This document shows, piece by piece, positions 34,201 through 43,820 of a stretch of 43,820 nucleotides of DNA. The DNA is taken from NCBI GenBank assembly GCA_001275005.1, contig JWZX01002527.1, forward strand, positions 1 through 43,820, written 5' to 3'. This DNA comes from Chrysochromulina tobinii. Lineage: Eukaryota. Numbering within the stretch: the first letter of the stretch is position 1; every line of letters starts with the position of its first letter. A program made the position numbers and the translations under genes. Below the pieces are notes generated by a model. The model searched no databases, was not told the origin of the DNA, and saw only the letters and a list, made by a program, of their open reading frames with translations.

Positions 34201-34832
34201 TCGACCGTGTACGCCACGAACGATCCGTCTGGCGACGGCACGAACGCCGAGATGCCACGCACCGTCGCCTGGGTCGCCTCGCACGCCTCGCATCCAGAAG
34301 GGGAGTAGTCGCAATCCTCGGACGGCAAGAGCGCGGGCGCCCTGTTCGCGTCGAGCACGAGCTGCACGTCGGCGGATCCGACGCGACGGCGCACGAACTG
34401 GGGGAAGGGCTGCTCCCAGCCATTTGGAAAGATCTTTCTGCGCGCGTACTCCCACCCAGCCGTGTCGCTCCCGCGGTGCCAGAGAAGGTCTTCCTGGAAG
34501 CCCGATGGCGGCTGACGCGAGGCCGGCTGGAACTCCTTGAGGAGCTCGTCCATCTCGGCGATGGCACTTCTCCATCCGGCATCTTGCGCCATCGCCGAGT
34601 CGAGATACGCATTCTCCGCGCAGATGTGCGCGACGGATGCTGGATTCTCACGGTAGCGCAACTCATAGAGAGGGTCGGCGAGCTCCACGGCCGGCGACAG
34701 CAGCTTGGACGGGTCAGATCCCTTTGGCCAGCGGGCGGTGGGTTCGACGCCATAAACCAAGCGCGTAGAGCCGCGTGGGGGAACCGGCGGTATTAGCCAG
34801 CCGACAGCGAGAAGGGCGTGCGGCGCCTGCAT
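31256..34832 (-). CDS. Oligopeptidase B (S9A)-like serine peptidase fused to a C-terminal GNAT acetyltransferase; exons 34832-34011 and 33925-31256
   Basis: ENAYLD, SPDGSFVAYTVDTSGEE, DGVRVPIS, GYGAYG, HVRGGGEMGRGW, GRSAGGLL (Ser), NDAR (Asp), GGHF (His). After a Pro/Gly linker: YITNVCVAPAARRRGIG, LHVDIDNVAARELYITKGY. Confidence 0.85.
33674..33799. repeat. 63-nt in-frame tandem duplication (VDLRSRDSSETWAVRIAEAPG x2, 1 mismatch)
   Basis: Directly visible. Confidence 0.95.
33926..34010 (-). other. Spliceosomal intron (85 nt) whose last 18 nt are an exact copy of the upstream exon end
   Basis: ...ACGGGGCGCCCCTACCAG|GTACGT...ACGGGGCGCCCCTACCAG|CTC; restores GRPYQ-LHRL. Confidence 0.85.
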
Positions 34833-35110
34833 GTGCTTGCGGCCTTTTAATCTCTTCTATCCGGCGGAATTAGCCAGCCGACAGCGAGAAGGGCGTGAGC
34901 TGCCTGCATGTGCTTGCGGACTTGGAAATCTCCTTTATCTCCCAGACACCCCTTGTTTCCGGCCGCTTCTCTCAAAGGATACTCAAAAGACACCCCTTGT
35001 GTATCCAAATCGCAATGTCCATAGGACCTTTCTTTCTGGATTCACACTCTATCTCCACACTGATTTTGAACTGAGCGTGTCGCTGTATACTGAGCCTACA
35101 CTGAACCGAT

Positions 35111-36106
35111 TCACCGCTCCCGCCACGACATCCACCCGTGTACGTCCTCGGCACGCCCATTGATGATGTCCTGGTACTGAGCCTGGAGCAGCTTCGTGAT
35201 GGGACCACGTTTACCCACAGTTTCGCCGTGACCAATCAGAATCTTGTCAAGAGAACGGATGGGCATCACCTCCGTGGCTGTGCCAGTGAAGAACAGCTCG
35301 TCGGCGACGTACAGCGCCTCGCGCGGCAAATTTTGAACAAAGACATCGATGCCCGCGGCCCGTGCCAGCTGAATGACCGACCCACGCGTCAGTCCCTGGA
35401 GATTGGAACCGTTAATGGGTGGTGTGAACAGTGCCCCGTCACGCACCAGGAAGACGTTCTGACCACTGCCCTCAGACACCCAGCCGTCGGGTGAGAGCGC
35501 GACCGCCTCGACGTACCCGTTGGCTTGCGCCTCCATCTTGATGAGCTGCGCGTTGTTATAGTTGCCTGCGGCCTTGGCCATCCCGGGAAATGTGTTGGGC
35601 GCCGGCCGGTTCCACGAGCTCGTGCAGCAGTCGATGCCGCGACCGAACGCATCTGACCCAAGGTACGCACCCCACTCCCATGCAGGCACATAGGTCTCTA
35701 TGGGCGAGCCGATTCCATCCATGCCGGCGGCGCCGAATCCTCGAAGCACCATTGGCCTTATGTAGCAACCGCTCGAACGCCCGTTTTTCTCAACCACGTC
35801 AAAGCATGCCGCAGAAAGTTGATCGATAGAGTAAGGCACCTCGATGCGATACATTTTGCACGAGTCGACGAGTCGGCGGAGATGCCCGTGGAGGTGCACG
35901 ATGCCCGGGCCTTTCGGGGTGGAGTAGCATCGCATGCCCTCAAACAGAGAGCTACCGAATTGCACCGCTGTCGAGAGCACGTGCACTTTCGCGTCATCCC
36001 AGGAAATGAGAGCGCCGTCCTTCCAGATGAAAGGTTGTTTGGGGATGGAGGCGAGATGCCGACGTGGGCTGATGCGGCGTAACGCCGTGCGAGACCCTCG
36101 CAGCAT
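35111..36106 (-). CDS. ilvE: Branched-chain amino acid aminotransferase, bacterial IlvE-type, with a mitochondrial-type presequence
   Basis: IWKDGALISWDDAKVHVLS, FEGMRCY, YIRP, AKAAGNY (PLP lysine), VSEGSGQNVF, LQGLTR, ADELFFTGTATEV; Arg/Ser-rich leader MLRGSRTALRRISPRRHLAS. Confidence 0.92.
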   Translation of the reverse strand: MLRGSRTALRRISPRRHLASIPKQPFIWKDGALISWDDAKVHVLSTAVQFGSSLFEGMRCYSTPKGPGIVHLHGHLRRLVDSCKMYRIEVPYSIDQLSAACFDVVEKNGRSSGCYIRPMVLRGFGAAGMDGIGSPIETYVPAWEWGAYLGSDAFGRGIDCCTSSWNRPAPNTFPGMAKAAGNYNNAQLIKMEAQANGYVEAVALSPDGWVSEGSGQNVFLVRDGALFTPPINGSNLQGLTRGSVIQLARAAGIDVFVQNLPREALYVADELFFTGTATEVMPIRSLDKILIGHGETVGKRGPITKLLQAQYQDIINGRAEDVHGWMSWRER

Positions 36107-36312
36107 TCGTTCGCGCGGCTCTCGAAGTCGAAGGCCTGCGCAGCTACGCGCGTGAACCCCACTGTGAAGAAAATCAACAAACGAGGGTCCCCCCACACTC
36201 ACCTCCGCTGATACAAGGGATGGGGGAGTATGTGCACGCGCTCCACCTGTGTCAAGTTTCTGAACAGTCCAAATGGGCCTCAAGAGGCCTTCTCGAAACA
36301 CTCAGTGAGATA

Positions 36313-38386
36313 TCATTGTGGCCACACGATCGGCTGCATCGCCGCGGGCGACTCCACTGCGAGCGAGCACTGCGGCTCGAGAGCGCCGCTCGCCCTGTCT
36401 CGCCGGAAGCAGTACACCCGCTCCGTGCCCGCGTCGGTGAGTAGCAGCGCTGTCTGCTGACTGCCGGCGAGGGCAAGCGCTGTAGGCACGGACGGCGGCC
36501 GTCGCTCCGGCGGCGGCGTGCCCGCGCTGGAGCCCTCGGTGCTGCCGCCGGCGGCCAGCACCTCATGGGCGGTGGCGAGAAGGTGGAAGGCGGCGCTGCC
36601 GATGGCGGCGTGCCCATTGGGTGATAGGCGGCGGCCCTCGGCTGTAATCGCGACGATGGCCACGATCGCAGTACCGGGGACTGCCGCGTAGATGTGCTTG
36701 CCATCCACGCTGACGCACAGGGCGCCGCCAATGTCGCCCGCTAGGTCCGCCTCGCCGGCGGCGGCGGCAGCGACCGACTTGCTTGTTCCGCCGCCGCTCG
36801 GTGCGGACATGACGAAGACTTCGACGATGGTGGGAGGCGCGACGCTCGAAAGCTCACACACAACAATGAGGCCCGCGCCGTCCGCTGCGCGAGTGCACAG
36901 CAGATACGCGAGCGGTGCACTCGGGTGAGTGGCCATGGCACACGGCGAAGCCGGACCGGAAGCTCCGAGGTCGAGCTGGAGGCTGCCGACCAGTCGAATG
37001 AGAAACTCGCCTACAGATCCCTCGGGCGGCAGCGCATAGAGCCGAAGCTCGTCGGCCAGAGGGTCTGCCACGAGCAGGTGGCTCGCGTACTTCGATGGCG
37101 GTGCAAGCTGCTCGTGGCCCTTTTTGCCCCCGCCCTTGCCGTCCTTGCCAGCTCTCGACTCGGCCGTGGCGCTGACGATCCGCAGGCTTTGCATCAGTGG
37201 GCTGGGGCCCGTCGCCCCGGCTTTGCCGGCCGCGTGCGCGGGCGCAATCTGGGCCGCCACGACCGCCTGCACGGGCTTGGCGCGCCGCCAGAACTGCCAC
37301 CAGCTCGTCTTGAGGAGCGGCGGCAGGAACAGGTCCATGCGGGTGACGCGTCCACCGACGGAGCCGAGGGCGACACGGTCGCAGCCCCGGCCGATGCCGA
37401 TGATGCCCGCGCTCAGGAGCGTGAGCGTGTGCGCATGCGCCGAGTCGAGCGCGTTCGCCCACGTGAGAACTTGCACACAGGGCGAGCGGCTGGGGTCCCA
37501 TGCAAATGAGACCACGCCGCCCACGCCCCGCTGTACCGACACCGTCCTTTGTGGGTGCGTGGAAAAGCAAGGCGCCGTCTCGCTTGCGTGCGGCGAAGCA
37601 CAGCGCGGTCAGGTCCGCCTCGGCCACCGGCACGCGCGAGAGTGGCGTCAGGCGCAGCTCCGGTGGGGAAGCGGCGCCCGATACAATGCTCGGAAGCTCG
37701 TCGAGCCGCATCACCCAAAGGGCGTTGGTGCCGTCCCGCGCGTGTGGCGTGCGCGCGCAGCGCGAGGCGGAGGATCCGACGAGGACGAGTGTGCCGGGCG
37801 CCTCCACCGCCGGTGTCGTCGCAAGCCAGCGGCCGAAGAAGATGAGCGACACCACGAGCGCGAACACTGTCGCGATCGTCAGCTCATCGTCGTTCTCGTG
37901 CCACACAGGCGCGTGAGGATCGCGCGGCTCCGGTGCACGCCGCGTGCTGGTCGGCACGACGGACGGCGTCGGTAGATTCTCGACGAGCTTGCGGGCGAGA
38001 TATTCGCGCAGCGCCTCCACGTCGAGCGGACCCGTGTACCGGCGGAAGGTATTCCCCGACCAGTACTTGACGACGGGGCGGCTGCCGCGCGCCACCTTGC
38101 GCGCCTCGCATGCCTCGGGATGCGCCGCACAATCGAGGGAACCAAACTGGAGCGAGGACGCCAGGCGGTTCCCCGAATTCCCAAAGTCCTGCGCCAATTG
38201 CTTGAAGTTGATCGCACGCAACACCTCTTCCTGGTCAGGGGTGCTCGAGTCAACGAACAGGACGGCCGCCGGCTGCTCGGTTGACATGACGCGGCCGATC
38301 GACGCGCCATCGAGGACAATGACGCCGGGTGGCGAGGCCTCGATCAGGACGACGGCGAAAAGGAAAAGCACAGTTCTGGGAACCAT
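36313..38386 (-). CDS. Signal peptide + thioredoxin-like (no CxxC) + TM helix + lactonase-type beta-propeller; one-base frame break near 37526-37529
   Basis: MVPRTVLFLFAVVLIEA; FGSLDCAAHPEAC..PVVKYW..RYTGPLDVEALREYL; TM LTIATVFALVVSLIFFG; propeller motifs HLLVADPLADELRLY, HPSAPLAYL, VSVDGKHIYA, VYCFRRDRASGAL. Removing one G joins the two ORFs (KDGVGTAGVGGVVSFAWD). Confidence 0.6.
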
Positions 38387-39035
38387 ATGTGGTCCACGAC
38401 GGCAAATTCTCACGGTTCACGACGTGTCACTTCGTGAACAACTGACAACCTCCTCGAAGGACCTCTCGAGGCGGAGGTGTTTGTTCACATGAAGGACGCC
38501 GGTTTTGCAGGGTCCCTTTCGTCTTCGCGCTCCTTGCTCGCTCTTGCTCCGTCGCTCTTCGTGTTCAACGTGCGTCGGTATCGCTGCACGCGCACACAGT
38601 ACCGCCTCCGCACGCGGAATCGATCGAGTCCGCTAAGGTGCTTTCCTCCATGGTGCCCCGCGGGCACTCCTGCATCTCCGGAGGGAGCACATATCGCGTC
38701 TCCCCAGTCGCGCGCGCCCCCGCCTCCGACCAATCCGCCTCCTTCCTCTCTACTCCCGCGCGCTTCACTGCCATGTGACTGCCCAATCCTGAGATCCGAG
38801 CTGGGCTGCTTCTCTCGAGGGCATGCGACTCTCCGTTCGCGATGAGCTTCGGAGCCACACACGCCACCGCACGCGAGTCCCCTCATCCTTACGGCACGCT
38901 GCTACCTGCTGCATGTCTGCGCCGAGACACGTCATGCGCCCTTCAAGCTTGCAGCCGCGTGTGGACCCATATCCCCATGCTGCCGAATCTCGCATGCAGC
39001 CTAATCCTCACTCTATAATTCTCTCTTGTTCGCAG

Positions 39036-40105
39036 GATGATCGCGACGCTCATCAACTTTGTAGCGGAGAAGCCGGACGCGCACAGCAGCGAGATCTCGT
39101 CGGTGGCGTTTTCCCCGGACGGGACAAAGATTGTGTCTGGATCGTGGGACAAGACGATCAAAGTCTGGGATTTGGGTGCGCCGCGAGCCCTCAAAATCGC
39201 CCCTCCTTGGCCAAAACTGACGCCACATTTGGCTTGCCTGGCAGACAAACTGGAGCTGTTGAGCGAGAAGACGGATGCGCACAGCAACTACATCGCGTCG
39301 GTGGCGTTTTCCCCGGACGGGACCAAGATCGTGTCTGGATCGGCTGACGGGACGATCAAAGTCTGGGATTCAGGTGCGCCGTGAGCCCTCAAAATCGCCC
39401 CTCCTTGGCCCAAACTGACGCTTGCTGGCTTGTCTGACAGACGCGCTGGGGCTGCTGAGCGAGAAGACGAACGCGCATAGCGACGTGATCATGTCGGTGG
39501 CGTTTTCCCCGAACGGGATCAAGATCGTGTCTGGATCGGCTGACGGGACGATCAAAGTCTGGGATTCAGGTGCGCCGGAGGCCTCAAAATCGCCCCTCCT
39601 TGGCCCAAACTGACGCTTGCCGGCTTGTCTGGCAGGGAAACTGGAGATGCTGAGCGAGAAGATCAACGCCCACAGCGAGGCATTCCTTTCGGTGGCGTTT
39701 TCCCCGGATGGGTCCAAGATTGTGTCTGGATCGGGCGACAAGACGATCAAAGTCTGGGATTCAGGTGCGCCGGAGGCCTCAAAATCGCCCCTCCTTGGCC
39801 CAAACTGACGCTTGCTGGCTTGTCTGGCAGGGAAACTGGAGATGCTGAGCGAGAAGACAGATGCGCACAGCAGGGGGATAAACTCGGTGGCGTTTTCCCC
39901 GGACGGAACCAAGATCGTGTCCGGATCAGCTGACGGGACGATCAAAGTCTGGGATATCGTCCATTGGTCTCGCAAAGATCACTTGATGTTCAACCTTACC
40001 ACCCGGCGATTTGTCTTGCAGATGCTGTGGCTGAACAAATACAGCATGAAGTTTCCTGATGATGTGATTGATCTGCTCATCGAAGCTTGCTTGCAAAGCA
40101 GGTGA
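39036..40105 (+). CDS. WD40-repeat protein (HET-E/NWD-type repeats), one repeat per exon: 39036-39175, 39245-39373, 39441-39569, 39636-39764, 39831-40105; 5' end uncertain
   Basis: Five [31 protein letters not shown] repeats. Internal exons are exactly 129 nt, separated by phase-1 GTGCGCC...CTGAC...CAG introns of 69, 67, 66 and 66 nt. Confidence 0.85.
39066..39956 (+). repeat. ~195-nt exon+intron tandem repeat unit, ~4.6 copies
   Basis: Near-identical units; introns 3 and 4 differ at 1 of 66 nt. Confidence 0.95.
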
Positions 40106-40560
40106 GACGAGAGGTCCGTGTGTAGCTGTAGGTTAGAGCGCCGGGTGCGGGACGTGAGTCGTGACCCGGTAACTGCGCCGCTGACTGCGCCGCGCGCGGG
40201 TTTCGCCATCTGATTTTAGCAGCCTCTCACCGAACGAAGGCCAAATCTTTGTTAATAAGTAGACGCCACAAACATGAGAAAAATGGTCTAAAACGCCGGC
40301 AGTCAATGACGGCAGTGTAGAGTGTTGAGTGTATAAAACTTAAATGGCACAAAATGGCAGTGCGGCGCCGCCGTTTGCCCCCGAAGCCCGCGATGAGGTC
40401 GGACCTACAACGGTTTACGCCTTAACGCCTAACACCTAATTTTTGGATTCACACTCTCACTCGGCTCGCGTGACCTGCCAAGGTGTGTGAGCGAGCGGCC
40501 TGGCTCTTCCCCGCGCGCGCGCGCGAGCGAGCGAGCGAGCGGCCGCGAGGGGCACAGCAA

Positions 40561-41499
40561 ATGCACGTGTTCGCCACTTTCATCTCGATGATCACGCTTG
40601 CTGCACTCTCAGCGCCCCCACGGCCCGCAATGCTGCGTGAGTCGGCGCTGCCGCTGGCAGGCAAGCGCGTGCTGCTCGTCGCGCCGCGCACCACGGCTGC
40701 TCCACTGGCGTCCGCGCTCGTGCTCGCCGGTGCGCGGCCGCTATGGTGCCCACTGGTGCGCGTGGAACCGCTGCCCAGCTACGCCGACCTGGACGATGCG
40801 CTGATGCGCCTGACCGAGTACAACGTGCTCATCCCGCTCTCGACACACGCGATCGACTCGCTCGCTGAACGCTTTCTCACGCTCGCCGATGGCAACCTTG
40901 AGCTCGTCGCCCCGATGATCGAGGCGTCGAAACTCGAGGTGGGTGCCGTCGGCCGGGACGCGCTGCACTTTCGCCAGAGGCTCGGCGTCTCGCCGACGGT
41001 GATGCCCATCGAGCCGACGGTTCGCGCGCTCGGCGCGACGCTCATCGACCTCGGCTACGTGCGCGCGGGAGCTAAGGTGCTGGTGGTGGGCGCGCGCGCG
41101 GACGCACCGCTCGCCGACCCACCGGCGGGGGTCGCGCGCCTGCTCGCGCAGCTGCGATCCACAGGCGCCGAAGTGACGTACGTAAGCACGCATGCGCTCG
41201 TACCGGTCGCTGCTGCCGACGTAACGGCCGAGCTCGCGCTGCTCCGAGCGGGCGGCGTGGACGCGGTGTGCGTCGCGTCGGCCGAGGAGGCTGGCCTGGT
41301 GGTGGGCGGCGACAACTGGCCCGCGACGGCGCCGCCCTTCGTGGTGGCGCTCGGCGATGAGGCGGCCGCGGCGGCGCGCGAGAGCTTGGGGCAGCGAGGA
41401 GGCGGCGGCGAGTTGGAAGAGCTGGGTGCGCGTCCGGGTGAAGATGCGGTCGTGGTGGCGTTGGAGAAGCACTTTGGCGGAGGCAGATTGCTGTTTTGA
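40561..41499 (+). CDS. hemD: Uroporphyrinogen-III synthase (HemD)-like protein with a bipartite (signal + transit-like) leader
   Basis: PLAGKRVLLVAPR, GARPLWCPLVRVEP, LDDALMRLTEYNVLI, VGAVG, GVDAVCVAS; leader MHVFATFISMITLAALSAPPRPAMLR. Confidence 0.7.
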   Translation: MHVFATFISMITLAALSAPPRPAMLRESALPLAGKRVLLVAPRTTAAPLASALVLAGARPLWCPLVRVEPLPSYADLDDALMRLTEYNVLIPLSTHAIDSLAERFLTLADGNLELVAPMIEASKLEVGAVGRDALHFRQRLGVSPTVMPIEPTVRALGATLIDLGYVRAGAKVLVVGARADAPLADPPAGVARLLAQLRSTGAEVTYVSTHALVPVAAADVTAELALLRAGGVDAVCVASAEEAGLVVGGDNWPATAPPFVVALGDEAAAAARESLGQRGGGGELEELGARPGEDAVVVALEKHFGGGRLLF

Positions 41500-41949
41500 C
41501 CTTTTGACCATGGTCGATGGTCAGAGAGTGCAAGAGTTGAGATTGTGGAGTGTGGTGTGGGGAAGCCGCGGGAGACGCCGTGCGCGCGCCCGCTCTGCCG
41601 CGCCCGAAACAGTTTTTGATGAGAAAGGCAATCAGGGCGCTTTTCCCACACGCTCTGAAAGAAGAAGCGCCGCTCTTGCCCTTCTACTTGGTGAGTCGCG
41701 CATCGGGCTTGAGCGCGCGTTCTGCAGCCTGTGTTGCGCGCTTCCTGCGGGCGCCGTCGGCGCGGCGGCGGTGCGGACGGACTGGGCAGACGCTGGCGCA
41801 GTGCTGGGAGAAGCCGCCGCTCCTCGCCGAGCCGCCAAGCCATCGTGCAGCGCCCCATTGATGGGGTGTCAATCATTCTTTTTCTTTGACCCCTGCGCAC
41901 GCTCGCCTGCCCACCCGTCGCGCCTCAGGCTTCAAAAGGTTGAGCAGTG

Positions 41950-43820
41950 ATGGCGGGTCTACCCATCAAGTTCCAAGAGGTGTGCCGCCGCTCGCCGTGG
42001 CACTGCGGCATGAGCGCACTCGGCGTGCTGGCAGTGTGCTTGGGTCACTCTTCTGCTGCCTCCCTGCACCTCGTAACGCTTGTCGCTTGTCCCCGTACCC
42101 ACGCCTCATGGCCCGCAGCTGGTCCAGCTCACCAATGTGGGCATCCAGCCGCAATTCATCAGCTTCGCAACGCTGACGATGGAGTCCGAGAAGTTCATCT
42201 GCATCCGCGAGGAGGTGAATGGCACGGTGCAGGTCGTCATCATCGACATGACCAACCCGACGGATGTGCAGCGGCGGCCGATCACGGCTGAGTCGGCGAT
42301 CATGAACCCGGTCTCCAAGGTCATCGCGCTCAAAGCGGGCAACTACCTGCAGATCTTCAACATGGAGATGAAGAGCAAAATGAAGTCGCACCAGCTCACC
42401 GAGCCGACCATCTTCTGGCGGTGGACCTCGCCATCCAATGTGGCGATGGTCACGGGCGGGGCCGTCTTCCACTGGTCGATGGAGGGGCAGTCGGAGCCGG
42501 CCAAGGTCTTCGACCGCCACCCGACGCTCGGCGATACCCAGATCATCAACTACAAGACGTCGCCAGACGAGAAGTGGATGGTTCTCATTGGCATCAAGTC
42601 CGAGCCGGGCACCAACCGCATCATCGGCGCCATGCAGCTGTTCTCGAAGGAGAAGAACGTGTCGCAGCCCATCGAGGGCCACGCGGCCACCTTCGCACAG
42701 TTCACCGTCGAGGGCGCCACCACGCCCTCCACCCTTTTCGCTTTCGCCGCCAAGACGGCTACGGGCGCCAAGCTGCACGTCATCGAGGTGAGCCCTGGCG
42801 CCCGTCCCGAGGGCACACCGCCCTTCGGCAAGAAGAACTGCGACATCTACTTCCCGCCGGAGGCGGCGCAGGACTTCCCGGTGTCGATGCAGATCTCGAA
42901 CAAGTACAACGTCGTGTACATGGTCACCAAGTTCGGCTACCTGCACCTGTACGACCTCGAGGCGTGCAAGCTCATCTACATGAACCGCATCTCGAGCGAG
43001 ACGATCTTCGTGACGACGCCGCACGACGCGACCGGCGGCATCATGGGCGTGAACCGCAAGGGCCAGGTGCTCTGCGTGACCGTCGATGAGGCCAACCTCG
43101 TGCCCTACATCTGCAAGCAGCTCTCCGACTTCCAGCTCGCGCTCCGCATCGCCTCGCGCTGCAACTTGCCGGGGGCTGAGCAGCTCTTCATCCAGCAGTT
43201 CGCCGCTCTGATGCAGCAGGGCAACTACAAGGATGCAGCCAAGCTGGCGGCCGACTCGCCGAAGCAGATTCTGCGCACGCCCGACACGATCGCGCGCTTC
43301 CAGGCCGCGCCCCCGCCGCCAGGTGGCTCGCCGCCCATCCTCACCTACTTCGGCATGCTGCTCGAGAAGGGCAAGCTCAACGCGATGGAGTCGCTCGAGC
43401 TCGCTAAGCCCGTCATCCAGCAGGGCAAGCAGCAGCTGCTCCAGAAGTGGATCAGCGAGGACAAGCTTGAGTGCACCGAGCAGCTCGGCGACGCCGTCTC
43501 GATGGTCGACCAAAACCTCGCCCTCTCCGTCTACCTGCGCGGCCAGTGCTCGCCCAAGGTCATCCAGATGTTCATGTCGACGGGCCAGTTCGACAAGATC
43601 ATGGTCTACTGCCAGAAGGTGAACTACACGCCCGACTGGGGCTTCCTGCTCACGCACATGGTGCGCGTCAATCCGGGCAGCGCGCTCGAGTTTGCGCAGA
43701 AGGCCGCTGCCGGTGGCATCACGCTCGACTACGCTGTGGTCACCGACGTCTTCATGTCGCACAACTGCCTGCAGCAGGCCACCTCGTTCCTGCTCGACGT
43801 GCTCAAGGGCAACAAGCCCG
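41950..43820 (+). CDS. CHC: Clathrin heavy chain (5' part, runs off the window); exons 41950-41979 and 42119->
   Basis: MAGLPIKFQE|LVQLTNVGI..ISFATLTMESEKFICIRE, RRPITAESAIMNP..KVIALKA, SQPIEGHAA, DFPVSMQIS, IYMNRIS, NLPGAE; GT-AG intron 41980-42118. Confidence 0.97.

Noticed and set aside
39066..39956. Regular repeat/spacer pattern as a CRISPR array
   Set aside because: Units are ~195 nt, encode WD40 repeats and have GT-AG introns; eukaryotic context with no cas genes.
41966..43762. 598-aa minus-strand ORF
   Set aside because: Antisense shadow of clathrin heavy chain caused by strong GC3 codon bias.

Overview
GC-rich, gene-dense eukaryotic DNA with short GT-AG introns. It is probably an alga with a complex plastid: HemD has a signal-plus-transit-like leader, and the GATTGC-, CAAGT- and AACCC-type simple repeats and RNI-type LRR gene look haptophyte-like (inference only). 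About 18 genes can be read: TPR-like/coiled-coil + chromate transporter, Skp1-like/F-box-like/LRR fusion, Sfi1-like coiled-coil protein, an orphan ORF, a PKA-C-like probable pseudokinase, a mitochondrial carrier, a nucleotide-diphospho-sugar transferase, a Csm1/monopolin-like protein, an EF-hand-MFS transporter, an ER FKBP, a NEK kinase, mitochondrial Hsp60, an oligopeptidase B-GNAT fusion, a bacterial-type BCAT, a thioredoxin-TM-lactonase propeller, a WD40 gene, HemD and the 5' part of clathrin heavy chain. Three things stand out. (1) There are two repeat-variable receptor-like genes with SCF-type motifs: a single-chain Skp1-F-box-LRR whose LRR region is a mosaic of reusable cassettes with a hypervariable loop, and a WD40 gene made of near-identical one-repeat-exon + intron units that vary mainly at surface codons. 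(2) Three introns carry an 18-36 nt direct copy of the adjacent exon end, which suggests intron birth by duplication plus filler. (3) Several tiny elements have terminal inverted repeats and target-site-like duplications. All family assignments are by eye from motifs; no database searches were run.
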